A stretch of DNA of 64,000 nt, taken from assembly GCA_963551825.1 (NCBI GenBank), contig CAUVHJ010000001.1, positions 25,833-89,832 on the forward strand, read 5' to 3'. This stretch comes from an uncultured Candidatus Saccharibacteria bacterium. GTDB taxonomy: Bacteria > Patescibacteriota > Saccharimonadia > Saccharimonadales > Saccharimonadaceae. This document shows positions 28,002-37,445 of the stretch, piece after piece. The notes beneath the pieces are model-generated. The model ran no database searches and was not told where the DNA came from. It saw nothing but the letters and a program-made list of their open reading frames with translations. The number at the start of each line of letters is the position of its first letter. Position 1 is the stretch's first letter. Made by a program: the position numbers and the translations under genes.

Positions 28002-29918
28002 ATGATCATCCACCGTATCCACCACTTAGCTCGTCAGCTCACTTTTGTGCTGGTGGGAGCTCTATGCTTTCTGTCGATTCCGGCAAGAGCATTTTCAGTA
28101 GAGACGATGACGCCGACCAGTGGCTCGACTAGCGGTGGCACGCCGGTAGTGATCAAGGGCAAGGGCTTCATTAGAGAGGAGAGTGAGAAGTTCGTTGATG
28201 TAGCGGCGGGTGTCGAGCACGCTTTACTCTTGTCGCAGAGTGGTCATATCTGGGCGGTCGGTAGTAATACGTACGGTCAGCTGGGCAGCAGGAAAGTAAT
28301 TGGCTATACAGTTCAGCCTGTCGATGTGACAGCTAAGCTGAACTTAGAGGCGAGCGATCGGGTCGAAACGGTTGCGGCCGGCGACTATAGTTCGTACGCC
28401 ATTAGTCAGAAGCATCGGGTTTTTGCCTGGGGTCACAATGATAGGGGTCAGCTAGGGCAAGGCGGCGAGAGTCGTCAAGATCGGAATCAGCCTGTCGAGA
28501 TCACCGACAAATTCACTCTGCGTCAAGGTGATTTCATTAGGTTTATTGTTGCCGGCGCTAATACGGCTTATGCCCTGACCGACCAAGGCTATATCTACGT
28601 CTGGGGCGAGGTACAAGATTATATTGATGGTGACACTAATCGAAAGTACGCCGACAAGACTGCTCCGGTCGAGGCGGCTTGGCTGGGAGATAATATCAAG
28701 ATGCTGGCAGCGGGCAACCGGTCAGCGATTAGTCTGGATAATGTTGGCAATCTGCAGACCTGGGGGCGTAATAATCACGGTGAGCTGGGGCGATCAAGGC
28801 GGGGTGAACCGAATAAGCTTGATCCGGCGATGTCGGCTTACTATATCAGCTCGCCGGGTACAGGCAGTATTCCGTCGCTTGGCGATGATACGGTGATCCA
28901 GGTTGCGGCCGGTGATGGCGTCATGGCAATCTTGACTAAGAATGACAGGCTGTTTATCTGGGGCAACCATCAGACCGGTATGCTGGGGATTGGCGATGAC
29001 AAAGCTAATCCGGCTGATCACAGTAGCGGTGACAAGCTCTCTAGTGTGCCGATCGAGCTAACCAAGCGGTTTAAGGAACTTCTAGAGAAGGACGATCGGA
29101 TTAGCCGGATTAGTATCGGTAATTCTCAGGTATTGGCTCTGTCGCAATACGGTAGAGTCTTTAGCTGGGGGTCTAATGACTATGGTCAGTTGGGTGACGG
29201 GTCAAATATTAGTCGGAATCAAGTTAGCGAGATCACTAGCCAGTTTGCGCTACCGACGAAACCGAATCGACCCGACGGAACTGAGGACAAGGTGACTATC
29301 CAGAAGGTACTGGCAGCCGGTGCCGGTGGCAGTCAGATAGCGAGCTACTCATATGCGCTTGATTCTGAGGGTAATGTCTATGCCTGGGGCGGCTCGGCGA
29401 AAGGCCTGCCCGGTATTAACGCCTTAGCTAACACTAATCAGCCAAAGCTAATTAGCAATCGTCTAATTGCTAAAGTATCCAACATCACGGCGATTCGTTT
29501 CGGTGATAAAGAGGTGGCGGATTATGAAGTGGGTGATGATTCGATCAAGCTTTTAACGCCGGCTAGTGATCACTCCGGCGCTGTCGAAGTTACTCTAAGC
29601 GAGGATGAAGATCACGAGACTAAGCTGTCTCAGCTGTTCACTTACACTGATCCGGTTAATCCTGATGACGATAAAGACAAGGATAAGGGCGGCGACAATG
29701 ATCAAACCGGTGATAAAAATGACAACAAGGATAAAGACAAGTCCGGCGACAAAAGAGCTGATAATACCACCAGAAAGCCTACCGCCAGGAAATCAACCGG
29801 CGGCACCGGCTCGACCGGATCAAAGTATCGACTGGCTGCCCCGAATACCGGAGTTATTAACGAGCTAAGACATATGGGGTATGCCGGGTTTCACGCTACT
29901 CTTGCATTGACTAGTTAA
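28002..29918 (+). CDS. Secreted RCC1-repeat (beta-propeller) protein with IPT/TIG-like segments and a K/D-rich tail
   Basis: The start is moved to ATG 28002, which gives the signal-like N-terminus MIIHRIHHLARQLTFVLVGALCFLSIPARAFS. Repeats are GSNTYGQLG, GHNDRGQLGQG, GRNNHGELG and GSNDYGQLGDG. Confidence 0.75.
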   Translation: MIIHRIHHLARQLTFVLVGALCFLSIPARAFSVETMTPTSGSTSGGTPVVIKGKGFIREESEKFVDVAAGVEHALLLSQSGHIWAVGSNTYGQLGSRKVIGYTVQPVDVTAKLNLEASDRVETVAAGDYSSYAISQKHRVFAWGHNDRGQLGQGGESRQDRNQPVEITDKFTLRQGDFIRFIVAGANTAYALTDQGYIYVWGEVQDYIDGDTNRKYADKTAPVEAAWLGDNIKMLAAGNRSAISLDNVGNLQTWGRNNHGELGRSRRGEPNKLDPAMSAYYISSPGTGSIPSLGDDTVIQVAAGDGVMAILTKNDRLFIWGNHQTGMLGIGDDKANPADHSSGDKLSSVPIELTKRFKELLEKDDRISRISIGNSQVLALSQYGRVFSWGSNDYGQLGDGSNISRNQVSEITSQFALPTKPNRPDGTEDKVTIQKVLAAGAGGSQIASYSYALDSEGNVYAWGGSAKGLPGINALANTNQPKLISNRLIAKVSNITAIRFGDKEVADYEVGDDSIKLLTPASDHSGAVEVTLSEDEDHETKLSQLFTYTDPVNPDDDKDKDKGGDNDQTGDKNDNKDKDKSGDKRADNTTRKPTARKSTGGTGSTGSKYRLAAPNTGVINELRHMGYAGFHATLALTS

Positions 29919-29940
29919 CTGCTTGTGCTAAATTAGATAT

Positions 29941-30207
29941 ATGGATGCCTTTCAAATACTAGTTCTGATCTTGTCGGTGTTTCTGGCGATATTCCTGGTG
30001 CTAGGCATCATTTTCTTAGTCTTGTCGATTCGGATCTCTATCCAGATTAAGCGTATCACCGATAATGTTGAGGACGCCAGCGATAGTCTGCGTTCATTCT
30101 TCGCTACGCTTAATCGGTTGGCTAATCCGGCGATAATTGCCAAGATTGTAGTAAAATATATCCGTAACCATCTTAGCGGTAAAAGGAGGAACAAAGATGA
30201 GCAGTGA
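29941..30207 (+). CDS. Small membrane protein, hypothetical
   Basis: The product has one strong TM helix (ILVLILSVFLAIFLVLGIIFLVLSI). An 11-nt overlap with the next gene suggests an operon. Confidence 0.4.
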   Translation: MDAFQILVLILSVFLAIFLVLGIIFLVLSIRISIQIKRITDNVEDASDSLRSFFATLNRLANPAIIAKIVVKYIRNHLSGKRRNKDEQ

Positions 30208-30478
30208 CAAGAAATCATCAGGCGCAGGCAAGTTTGCCCTGGGGGCAGCTATCGGTACGGCCGTGGGCGTAGTAGCCGGTATCTTGACGGCACCAAAGTC
30301 AGGTAAAGAGACTCGGCAGGATGTCGCTCGTAAAGCCCGAGAAGTCAAGAAGGCAGCCGGTGACAAAGCCGGTGAGGCCAAGGCTTTCGCCGGTGAAAAA
30401 GTGCGGGATGCTAAGAAGTTCTTCGGTCAGAAGAAAGAAGAGCTGGACGATAAGATCGATAGCAAGTTAGACGACTAG
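30197..30478 (+). CDS. YtxH-like small stress or membrane-associated protein
   Basis: GAAIGTAVGVVAGILTAPKSGKETRQDV is followed by a K/A/E-rich helix, typical of the YtxH domain. Confidence 0.55.
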   Translation: MSSDKKSSGAGKFALGAAIGTAVGVVAGILTAPKSGKETRQDVARKAREVKKAAGDKAGEAKAFAGEKVRDAKKFFGQKKEELDDKIDSKLDD

Positions 30479-30498
30479 CAGCTACCGGTTAAGCTTAG

Positions 30499-30528
30499 AT
30501 AGACCCCGGAGAGGGGTCTATTCTTGTT
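30499..30528 (+). terminator. Rho-independent terminator
   Basis: The stem atagacccc/ggggtctat closes a 5-nt loop and is followed by tcttgtt. Confidence 0.6.
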
Positions 30529-30586
30529 GCCCCCGGAGGGCCGGTAGCACCACAAATTAAGCATTATTTTGCTATAATAATTAGCG

Positions 30587-33500
30587 ATGAGTCAGGGGGA
30601 AGTAAAGACGAAAAAGCAGGATGATCGGACTGATGTGCCGCCGATCTGTATTAGCCGTGAGGAAGCACGCAAGCACAAGTTTACCCCGAGTGACTTCGTC
30701 CATTTGCACAACCATACCACTTACAGTGTACTGGACGGACTGACCAAGGTAGATGACCTCATCGGTAAAGTCAAAGAGTTTGGTATGGAGGCTGTGGCGG
30801 TGACCGACCACGGCACTATGGGCGGCGATCTAACTTTTTATAAAAAGGCGAAGGCGGCAGGTGTCAAGCCGGTTCTCGGCATCGAAGTGTATATGGCGAC
30901 CCGAGGGCGCAAAGATCGTGATCCGGCAAAGGACAAGCAGCGCTTCCACCTGACTATTCTGGCTATGAATAAGACCGGCTGGCACAATATGATGCGACTC
31001 TCCAGTCTGGCTAACCTGGAAGGAATGTACTACAAGCCACGGATTGACCACGAGATCTTGGAGAAATACAACGAAGGTCTAATCGTTCTATCGGGCTGTG
31101 CCAGTAGTGAGATTAGCTGCGCTCTAAAGACCGGTGATTATGACAGGGCGGTCGAGCTGGCGAAGTGGTATCGGGGGGTCTTTGGTGATCGCTTTTACTT
31201 AGAGATGCAGGATCACGGTCACCCGAAGAGCAATACTCACTGGGAAATTCAGAACCGGATTAACGAAGGGCTGAAGCGGATGAATCAGGAGCTGGGCATT
31301 CCTCTGGTAATTACCTGTGACGGACACTACCTGACCCACGATTGTCAGCAGGCACACGAGATCCTACTCTGTATTGGTACAGGTTCTTTCTTAAGCGACA
31401 AGAATCGCATGAGTCTGGCTGACTTCGAGCTGCATTTGACAGACCCGAGGGACATCATTGATCACTGGGGTGACGAATGTCCGGAGGCTATCCTTAATAC
31501 CAGGCTGGTTGCCGAGCGATGTAATGTCGATATCGAGCTGGGGCAAGTGCTGATCCCGAAGTATCCCTCCCTCCCGAAAGGTGATAGTGAGCACTCGTTC
31601 TTTCATAAGTTGGTTTATCAGGGCCTGCTGGTGCGTTATAACGGCGTGCCGCAGGCGGAAGCGGAGCAGCTGTCGGTTGAGCAGATTAAGCCGATGCTGT
31701 CAGACGAAGTGCGTCAGCGAGCCGAGCTGGAGTTAAGCGTGATCGGTTCGATGGGTTATGAGGGCTATTTCTTGATCGTTCAGGACTTCATTAACTGGGG
31801 TAAGTCGCAAGGCTATGTCTTTGGCCCGGGGCGGGGGTCGGCGGCGGGGTCAATCGTCTCGTACGCCGTCCGGATCACTGACCTCGACCCGCTGAAGTAC
31901 AGTCTACTGTTTGAGCGCTTCCTTAATCCTGACCGCATTTCGATGCCGGATATCGATGTTGATATGCAGGATACTTGTCGGGACGATGTGATCGACTACT
32001 GTGCTGATAAATACGGGCGAGATCATGTCTGCAATATCGTCACCTTCGGCACGATGGCCAGCCGCTCGGCGGTGCGTGATGTGGCTCGGGTGCTGGAAGT
32101 ACCATATGCTGAGAGCGACCGCCTGTCAAAGCTGGTGCCGACCGGGCCACAGTCAGCTCATATCGGTACCTTGCGAGAGATCTTACAGACCGACCCGGAT
32201 ATCAAGCACGAGTATGAGACTAATCCTACGGCTAAGCGGGTTTATGACTTCGCCGCTCAGCTGGAAGGTACGATCAGAAGTCATGGCGTTCATGCTTGCG
32301 GTACTGTGATTGCCCCGGAGCCGCTGATTGATATTATTCCACTGGAGATGGCGCAGAAGGGTGTGATCACTACTCAGTTCTCTGCGCCTGAGGTTGAGGA
32401 TATGGGGCTGCTGAAGATGGACTTTTTGGGACTGTCCAACCTGACTATCATTGATAACTGTCTGCGGATTGTTCGCAAGGTCTATGGTGACAAGATTGAC
32501 CTCGATAACCTCCAGCTGGATGACGAGGAAGCCTACAAGCTTTTGCAACGAGGCGAAACGACCGGGGTCTTCCAGCTGGAGTCTGCCGGCATGAAGCGCT
32601 ACCTTAAGGAGCTGAAGCCGACCTGTTTTGACGATATTATTGCTATGGTGGCGCTATATCGTCCCGGTCCGATGCAGTTCATCGACTCGTTCATCGCTCG
32701 CAAGAACGGTAGAGAGCCGATTACCTATCCACACCCAACCATGGAGGATCAGCTGAAAGAGACCTATGGTGTATTGGTCTATCAGGAGCAGTTCATGAAT
32801 ATCTCTAAGGCAGTCTGTGGCTTTACCGGCGGTGAGGCGGATACTCTGCGTAAGGCTGTGGCGAAGAAGAAAGCCGACTTGATGGCGAAGATCAAGCCTA
32901 AGTTTATCGATGGGGCGGTCAAGACTGTCGGTGTGGAACGAGAGCTGATGGAGAAGTTTTGGTCACAGCTGGAAGACTTCGCTAACTACTGCTTTAATAA
33001 GAGTCATGCTGCCTGTTATGCCCTGATTGCCTACTGGACAGCTTATCTCAAGTCACATTATCAGGACGCCTTTATGGCGGCCCTGATGACCTCCGATTCG
33101 GGTGATACTGAGCGGCTAACCATTGAGATCTCCGAGTGTAATCGGATGGGGATAGACGTATTAAGGCCTGATATTAATGAGTCGTTTCAGGAGTTTGCTG
33201 TCGTTAAGGGGACGAGGAATATTCGCTTCGGTCTGGCCGGAATCAAGAGCGTCGGCTCGACGGCGATCGATGACATTATCAAGCAGCGTAAGAAAGATGG
33301 GCTATTCACCTCGGTGGAGGACTTTGCTCGGCGAGTCAATAGTCGGGTCTGCAATCGCAAGGTCTACGAGTCGCTGATCAAAGCAGGAGCTTTCGACTGT
33401 TTTATTGATAAGAGCGCTCCGGCCGGTACTTACTCCGGCTCACGAGCCGATCTACTCTTTAATCTAGATAGCATCATTGCTTTTGCTCAGAAGTCGCAGA

Positions 33501-34426
33501 AAGAAGCCGACTCAGGTCAGGGTAACCTGATCAGCATGCTGGAGGGTGATACTAAGGGTGTAGTATCCAGCTTGGAATTGAGCGCAGCACCCAAACAAAC
33601 TGACGCCAAGGAGCAGCTTAATTGGGAACGGGAGCTGCTTGGTCTGTACCTGTCGGCTCATCCGCTGGACGCCTACGATGACTTCCTGAACGAAAAGACG
33701 AATCCGACTAACTCGCTTAGCTCTGACCAAGATGGTAGCCTGGCGACGGTCGGTGGGCTGGTCAGTAAGAATCGGACTCTAGTGACCAAGGCTGGTTCGA
33801 AGATGGCATTTTTAACTATCGAGGATAAGTTTGGTGAGATAGAGGTGGTGGTCTTTCCTAAGACTTTTGAGGCTAATATGCCGGCGACGATCAACCCCAG
33901 CGATGTGGTCTTGATTAAAGGTCGGATCAGCGGTAAAGATAAAGAGGGTAATCGTCTGCCCGACCCATCCTTGGTAGCTGATTCGATTCAAGTTGTCACT
34001 GATGATGTGCTGAGTGCCTATCAGCCGACCGGCGTGCCGATGAGTGAAGTCAAGGCTGCTCCGGCTAGGTCAAGGCGTGGTGGTAGTCGCCAGTACCAGG
34101 CGAAGCAGGTAGCAGAGAGTGGACGAAAATATCATTCGGTAGCGACTAGAGCTAGCTCACCCACTACTGATATGTCGCTCTATGATATCGTTGAGGCAGA
34201 CAAGCCGAAAGTGATGTACATTCATATCAAAGATCCTACTGACGGTAAGAAACTGGTGGCGATGAGGGAAAAAGTTGATCAGTACCAAGGCGAAGATCAG
34301 GTTATCTTAGTGTTGGGTGAGTCTAAGAAGAGCGCCGTGCGCATGCCGGTGCGGACTTCGGCTTGTGCTGAGCTGGAATCAGCGGTCGGGTCGATTTTCG
34401 GCGCCGATTGTGTAGCTATTCGCTAG
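30587..34426 (+). CDS. dnaE: DNA polymerase III alpha subunit
   Basis: The product has the PHP domain FVHLHNHTTYSVLDG, the motifs GLLKMDFLGL and FNKSHAACYALIAYWTAYLK, and a C-terminal OB-fold region. It is 1279 aa long. Confidence 0.92.
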   Translation: MSQGEVKTKKQDDRTDVPPICISREEARKHKFTPSDFVHLHNHTTYSVLDGLTKVDDLIGKVKEFGMEAVAVTDHGTMGGDLTFYKKAKAAGVKPVLGIEVYMATRGRKDRDPAKDKQRFHLTILAMNKTGWHNMMRLSSLANLEGMYYKPRIDHEILEKYNEGLIVLSGCASSEISCALKTGDYDRAVELAKWYRGVFGDRFYLEMQDHGHPKSNTHWEIQNRINEGLKRMNQELGIPLVITCDGHYLTHDCQQAHEILLCIGTGSFLSDKNRMSLADFELHLTDPRDIIDHWGDECPEAILNTRLVAERCNVDIELGQVLIPKYPSLPKGDSEHSFFHKLVYQGLLVRYNGVPQAEAEQLSVEQIKPMLSDEVRQRAELELSVIGSMGYEGYFLIVQDFINWGKSQGYVFGPGRGSAAGSIVSYAVRITDLDPLKYSLLFERFLNPDRISMPDIDVDMQDTCRDDVIDYCADKYGRDHVCNIVTFGTMASRSAVRDVARVLEVPYAESDRLSKLVPTGPQSAHIGTLREILQTDPDIKHEYETNPTAKRVYDFAAQLEGTIRSHGVHACGTVIAPEPLIDIIPLEMAQKGVITTQFSAPEVEDMGLLKMDFLGLSNLTIIDNCLRIVRKVYGDKIDLDNLQLDDEEAYKLLQRGETTGVFQLESAGMKRYLKELKPTCFDDIIAMVALYRPGPMQFIDSFIARKNGREPITYPHPTMEDQLKETYGVLVYQEQFMNISKAVCGFTGGEADTLRKAVAKKKADLMAKIKPKFIDGAVKTVGVERELMEKFWSQLEDFANYCFNKSHAACYALIAYWTAYLKSHYQDAFMAALMTSDSGDTERLTIEISECNRMGIDVLRPDINESFQEFAVVKGTRNIRFGLAGIKSVGSTAIDDIIKQRKKDGLFTSVEDFARRVNSRVCNRKVYESLIKAGAFDCFIDKSAPAGTYSGSRADLLFNLDSIIAFAQKSQKEADSGQGNLISMLEGDTKGVVSSLELSAAPKQTDAKEQLNWERELLGLYLSAHPLDAYDDFLNEKTNPTNSLSSDQDGSLATVGGLVSKNRTLVTKAGSKMAFLTIEDKFGEIEVVVFPKTFEANMPATINPSDVVLIKGRISGKDKEGNRLPDPSLVADSIQVVTDDVLSAYQPTGVPMSEVKAAPARSRRGGSRQYQAKQVAESGRKYHSVATRASSPTTDMSLYDIVEADKPKVMYIHIKDPTDGKKLVAMREKVDQYQGEDQVILVLGESKKSAVRMPVRTSACAELESAVGSIFGADCVAIR

Positions 34427-34570
34427 GGGTAATTATCATGACACAATATGCTAGGGCTTAAAGTCCCAGGCTTCATTCTTGCGGATAGATAAAGTTTGTC
34501 GTATAATTGCAACTGAAATAAGGTGAAAAACAAGTGAAATAAATTACTCAGCTGATGCGGAAAGGAGAGA

Positions 34571-35641
34571 TTGGTGGTCAAATCGCTTGATACCAGGGCA
34601 GAATTGACTGAGGCTGTCCAGTCGATCGTGTCATTTATAGAGCGGCCTCGAGAGGCGGATATTGTCATGCGGCGTTATGGGATCAAGGGTGAGCAAGAAA
34701 CGCTAGAGCAAGTCGGTGAGACGATGCATATCACCAGAGAGCGGGTGCGTCAGATCGAGAAGGCGACCATGATCCGGATCAAGCTGTGGCTGGAGAAAGG
34801 GTCCTGTCAGGCGTTTAATGTGGCGGAGATGGATATCGTCAAGTCGCTACACGAGATGGGGCGAGCCGCCAAGGTCGGTGACTTAGCTGAGGTGGTGATG
34901 GGCGACTCCGAGAGGCAAAGCCGAGCCTACGTCATGTTCCTAGCTGAGCTTAGCGGCAAGATGCTACCGACTACGGAGAATGATAAATACCACGCCGGGG
35001 TGGTATTGACAAGTGACAAGGATGATCGCAGCGTTAAGGCGAGGATTGATGAGATTATCAAAGTACTCAAGGATAAGAAAGAGCCGGCTACTCTGGACGA
35101 ACTATTTAAGTTAATTGGCAGTGGTTACGAGCATCCTAAGGAGATCGGAGCGATCGCTCGACTGAGTAAGCAGGTAGCTAATCTAGACGATAAATGGGGC
35201 TTAGCGAAATGGGCGTCGGTCAACCCGCGGACCATTAGAGATAAAGTTTATATTGTCCTTAAAGATAGTAAGAAGCCGATGCATTACAGTGAGATTGCCC
35301 AGCTGATCCGAGACCGAGGGCTTAATCGCAACAACTCCACCGACCCGGCAATTCATAACGAACTGATCAAGGACGATCGTTTCGTCCTAGTGGGGCGGGG
35401 TATTTACGCCCTGGCTGAGCATGGTTACAAGAAAGGTTCGATTACAGATGTGATCACCGAGGTTCTTCGTCAGCATGGCCCGATGTATCGAGACGATATC
35501 GTCCGGGAAGTACTCAAGGCTCGCCAAGTCCGAGAGACTACTATCTTGCTCAACCTGCAGAGTCGACCACAGTTTAAGCGAGTCGATAAGAATAAATATG
35601 CTCTAGCTGAAGAAGTGGAGACGAGTCCGGCTAAGTCCTAG
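34571..35641 (+). CDS. DNA-binding protein with a sigma-70 region-4-like HTH and a C-terminal HARE-HTH-like domain
   Basis: The start is TTG, preceded by AAAGGAGAG. Motifs are TLEQVGETMHITRERVRQIEKATMIRIK and MHYSEIAQLIRDRGL...FVLVGRGIYAL. Confidence 0.6.
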   Translation: MVVKSLDTRAELTEAVQSIVSFIERPREADIVMRRYGIKGEQETLEQVGETMHITRERVRQIEKATMIRIKLWLEKGSCQAFNVAEMDIVKSLHEMGRAAKVGDLAEVVMGDSERQSRAYVMFLAELSGKMLPTTENDKYHAGVVLTSDKDDRSVKARIDEIIKVLKDKKEPATLDELFKLIGSGYEHPKEIGAIARLSKQVANLDDKWGLAKWASVNPRTIRDKVYIVLKDSKKPMHYSEIAQLIRDRGLNRNNSTDPAIHNELIKDDRFVLVGRGIYALAEHGYKKGSITDVITEVLRQHGPMYRDDIVREVLKARQVRETTILLNLQSRPQFKRVDKNKYALAEEVETSPAKS

Positions 35642-35754
35642 GTCGGGTGATATCTGCCGGTAGTCGATTTTACCTGTGGGTATAATTAACTTGCCTTGAC
35701 GAATGAGCTAGCTTATTACGCTGTCAAGATTTGACATACACATCGCCCTTCCCC

Positions 35755-35788
35755 GCCCCTTGCTTCCGAGCAAGGGGCATTTTCTTTT
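35755..35788 (+). terminator. Rho-independent terminator (copy 1 of an identical 35-nt block)
   Basis: The stem gccccttgc/gcaaggggc closes the loop ttccga and is followed by attttctttt. The block is identical to 38019..38053. Confidence 0.65.
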
Positions 35789-35791
35789 AGG

Positions 35792-35829
35792 GTAACTCCG
35801 GATTTTTCCTGAGTTTGACTCCGTGTTTT
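35792..35829. repeat. 38-nt perfect direct repeat, copy 1 (gtaactccggatttttcctgagtttgactccgtgtttt)
   Basis: The sequence is identical to 37191..37228. The two copies bracket the ATPase gene. Confidence 0.9.
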
Positions 35830-35858
35830 ACCGAATACCAAGAATCTTGGACCACGAG

Positions 35859-37142
35859 CTAATTCTTCAAGCAGCCAATCGGGACGATGTAGATGCCGTC
35901 GGCTTGGCGGTAGGCGTAGTTGGTGGTGGCTGTCAGGATCATCGTAAATGATGGTCGGTGCATGACTTCAGTGTCAATATTGTCGATGAATCGCTGTAGC
36001 GACTTTGAACCCTCGTTGATCGAGACCTCGTCTGACCCAAGCTTGATTTCGACAGCTCCCCATTTACCATCAGGTAGGTGGATGATGGCGTCGCATTCTC
36101 GACCGGCTTTGTCTCGATAATAATACAGATGACCGTCTAAGTTCTCGGCGTAAATCTTCAAGTCACGTAGCGCCATAGATTCGAAGACCAGGCCAAACGT
36201 TCGGTAATCTAGTCGTAGGTCGTTCTCTGAAGCAAGCAGAGATGCTACTACCAGCGACGGATCGGTAAAGTTTCGCTTCCAGCCTGATCTGATAGCAGTC
36301 TTACTCCTTAACTGTGGTGACCAAGGTTCGATATCGTCCAAGATATGCAAGCGATTCAACGTCTCTAGATATGATGATAGTGTCTTGTCGCTGATCGTTT
36401 CGCCCGAACCGATAACGTCATTCATGATCGTCTGACCGGTCACCGGAGAGGCAATATGGCGAGCTAAGCTCCGGATGACGGCTCTCATCTTGGGAGTGGA
36501 GAAGGAGATGTCGTTGTCTAAGTCGGTCATCGATTCGTTAGTCAGGATGACCTCCAAGTAATCACGAGCTAACTTGCCGGTGTTGGTCGGATTACGCTTG
36601 ACGCTAGCCGGCCAGCCACCACGGGTGCAGAGCCGGGCGATATCCTCAGGTGTCAATCCGGCTTCTCCGGCGATATTTTCATTACCGTGAAAAAGGTTTT
36701 TTAGTGAGACAGCGCCATTAGACTCGCCGGATTCGTAGAGACTCATGGGGCGCATGATTAGTCGGACTATGCGCCCGGCGCCGGAGTGGGCGGGCTTGCT
36801 AACTTTAGGCGTGGATGAGCCGGTCAAGATATATTGTCCGGTCAGTCCGGTCTTGTCGACATCATAGCGAACGGCATCCCAGATAGTAGGCGTATCTTGC
36901 CACTCGTCAATCAGACGGGGCTTGTCGCCACTAAGTAGGATACCGGGGTCTGACTTGGCGATCGCCTTGTTGTTTTCAGCGGTAGTAGGGTTCTGCATCT
37001 CGATGAAACTACTAGCTACCTGGCGGGCTGTGGTTGACTTGCCACACCATTTACACCCCTCCAACGATACGGCGCCATAAAGCTCCAGGTTTTCCTTTAA
37101 TACGCTGTCCATTAGGCGGGGAATATAATCGCTATCTTTCAT
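35859..37142 (-). CDS. AAA-type ATPase of the orphan ATP-binding protein class (AAA plus DUF4143-like architecture by eye)
   Basis: Walker A is GCKWCGKST and Walker B is PRLIDEWQ. The ~427-aa length and N-terminus YIPRLMDSVLKENLELYGAV are typical of this family. The gene has its own TGaTACAAT -10 on the minus strand just upstream. Confidence 0.72.
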   Translation of the reverse strand: MKDSDYIPRLMDSVLKENLELYGAVSLEGCKWCGKSTTARQVASSFIEMQNPTTAENNKAIAKSDPGILLSGDKPRLIDEWQDTPTIWDAVRYDVDKTGLTGQYILTGSSTPKVSKPAHSGAGRIVRLIMRPMSLYESGESNGAVSLKNLFHGNENIAGEAGLTPEDIARLCTRGGWPASVKRNPTNTGKLARDYLEVILTNESMTDLDNDISFSTPKMRAVIRSLARHIASPVTGQTIMNDVIGSGETISDKTLSSYLETLNRLHILDDIEPWSPQLRSKTAIRSGWKRNFTDPSLVVASLLASENDLRLDYRTFGLVFESMALRDLKIYAENLDGHLYYYRDKAGRECDAIIHLPDGKWGAVEIKLGSDEVSINEGSKSLQRFIDNIDTEVMHRPSFTMILTATTNYAYRQADGIYIVPIGCLKN

Positions 37143-37190
37143 CTCTTCCTATCCTTATTGTATCACAGGTGGTGTTTCTGTATCACCCCT

Positions 37191-37228
37191 GTAACTCCGG
37201 ATTTTTCCTGAGTTTGACTCCGTGTTTT
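37191..37228. repeat. 38-nt perfect direct repeat, copy 2
   Basis: The sequence is identical to 35792..35829. Confidence 0.9.
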
Positions 37229-37352
37229 GCCTGATGTAGTGTAAAACGATTCGGGTTGATAAGGGTGGTAATCGCTATATATAGCTATATATTCATGACG
37301 GTATCTCCGACCGGCTTACCTTGACGAAATAAGATTTCAATCACGCTAACAC

Positions 37353-37381
37353 TTGACAAATGCGGGGGGGGGTGTTACAGT
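37353..37381 (+). promoter_or_regulatory. Candidate promoter TTGACA-N17-TACAGT with a G9 homopolymer inside the spacer
   Basis: TTGACA is at 37353..37358, the G-run at 37364..37372 (9 G) and TACAGT at 37376..37381. Downstream lie a 5' UTR hairpin (catgtgag/ctcacatg) and a strong SD. Confidence 0.45.
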
Positions 37382-37445
37382 GGACACCATCAGGTTGCAT
37401 GTGAGACCAGCTCACATGGCCTGCGATCCCTAAGGAGGGATGATC

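Noticed and set aside
29800-29918. A possible LPXTG-type sortase signal (LAAPNTG) at the C-terminus of the RCC1-repeat protein.
   Set aside because: The motif lacks the Leu-Pro start. The following 21 residues (VINELRHMGYAGFHATLALTS) are not a hydrophobic helix with a basic tail.
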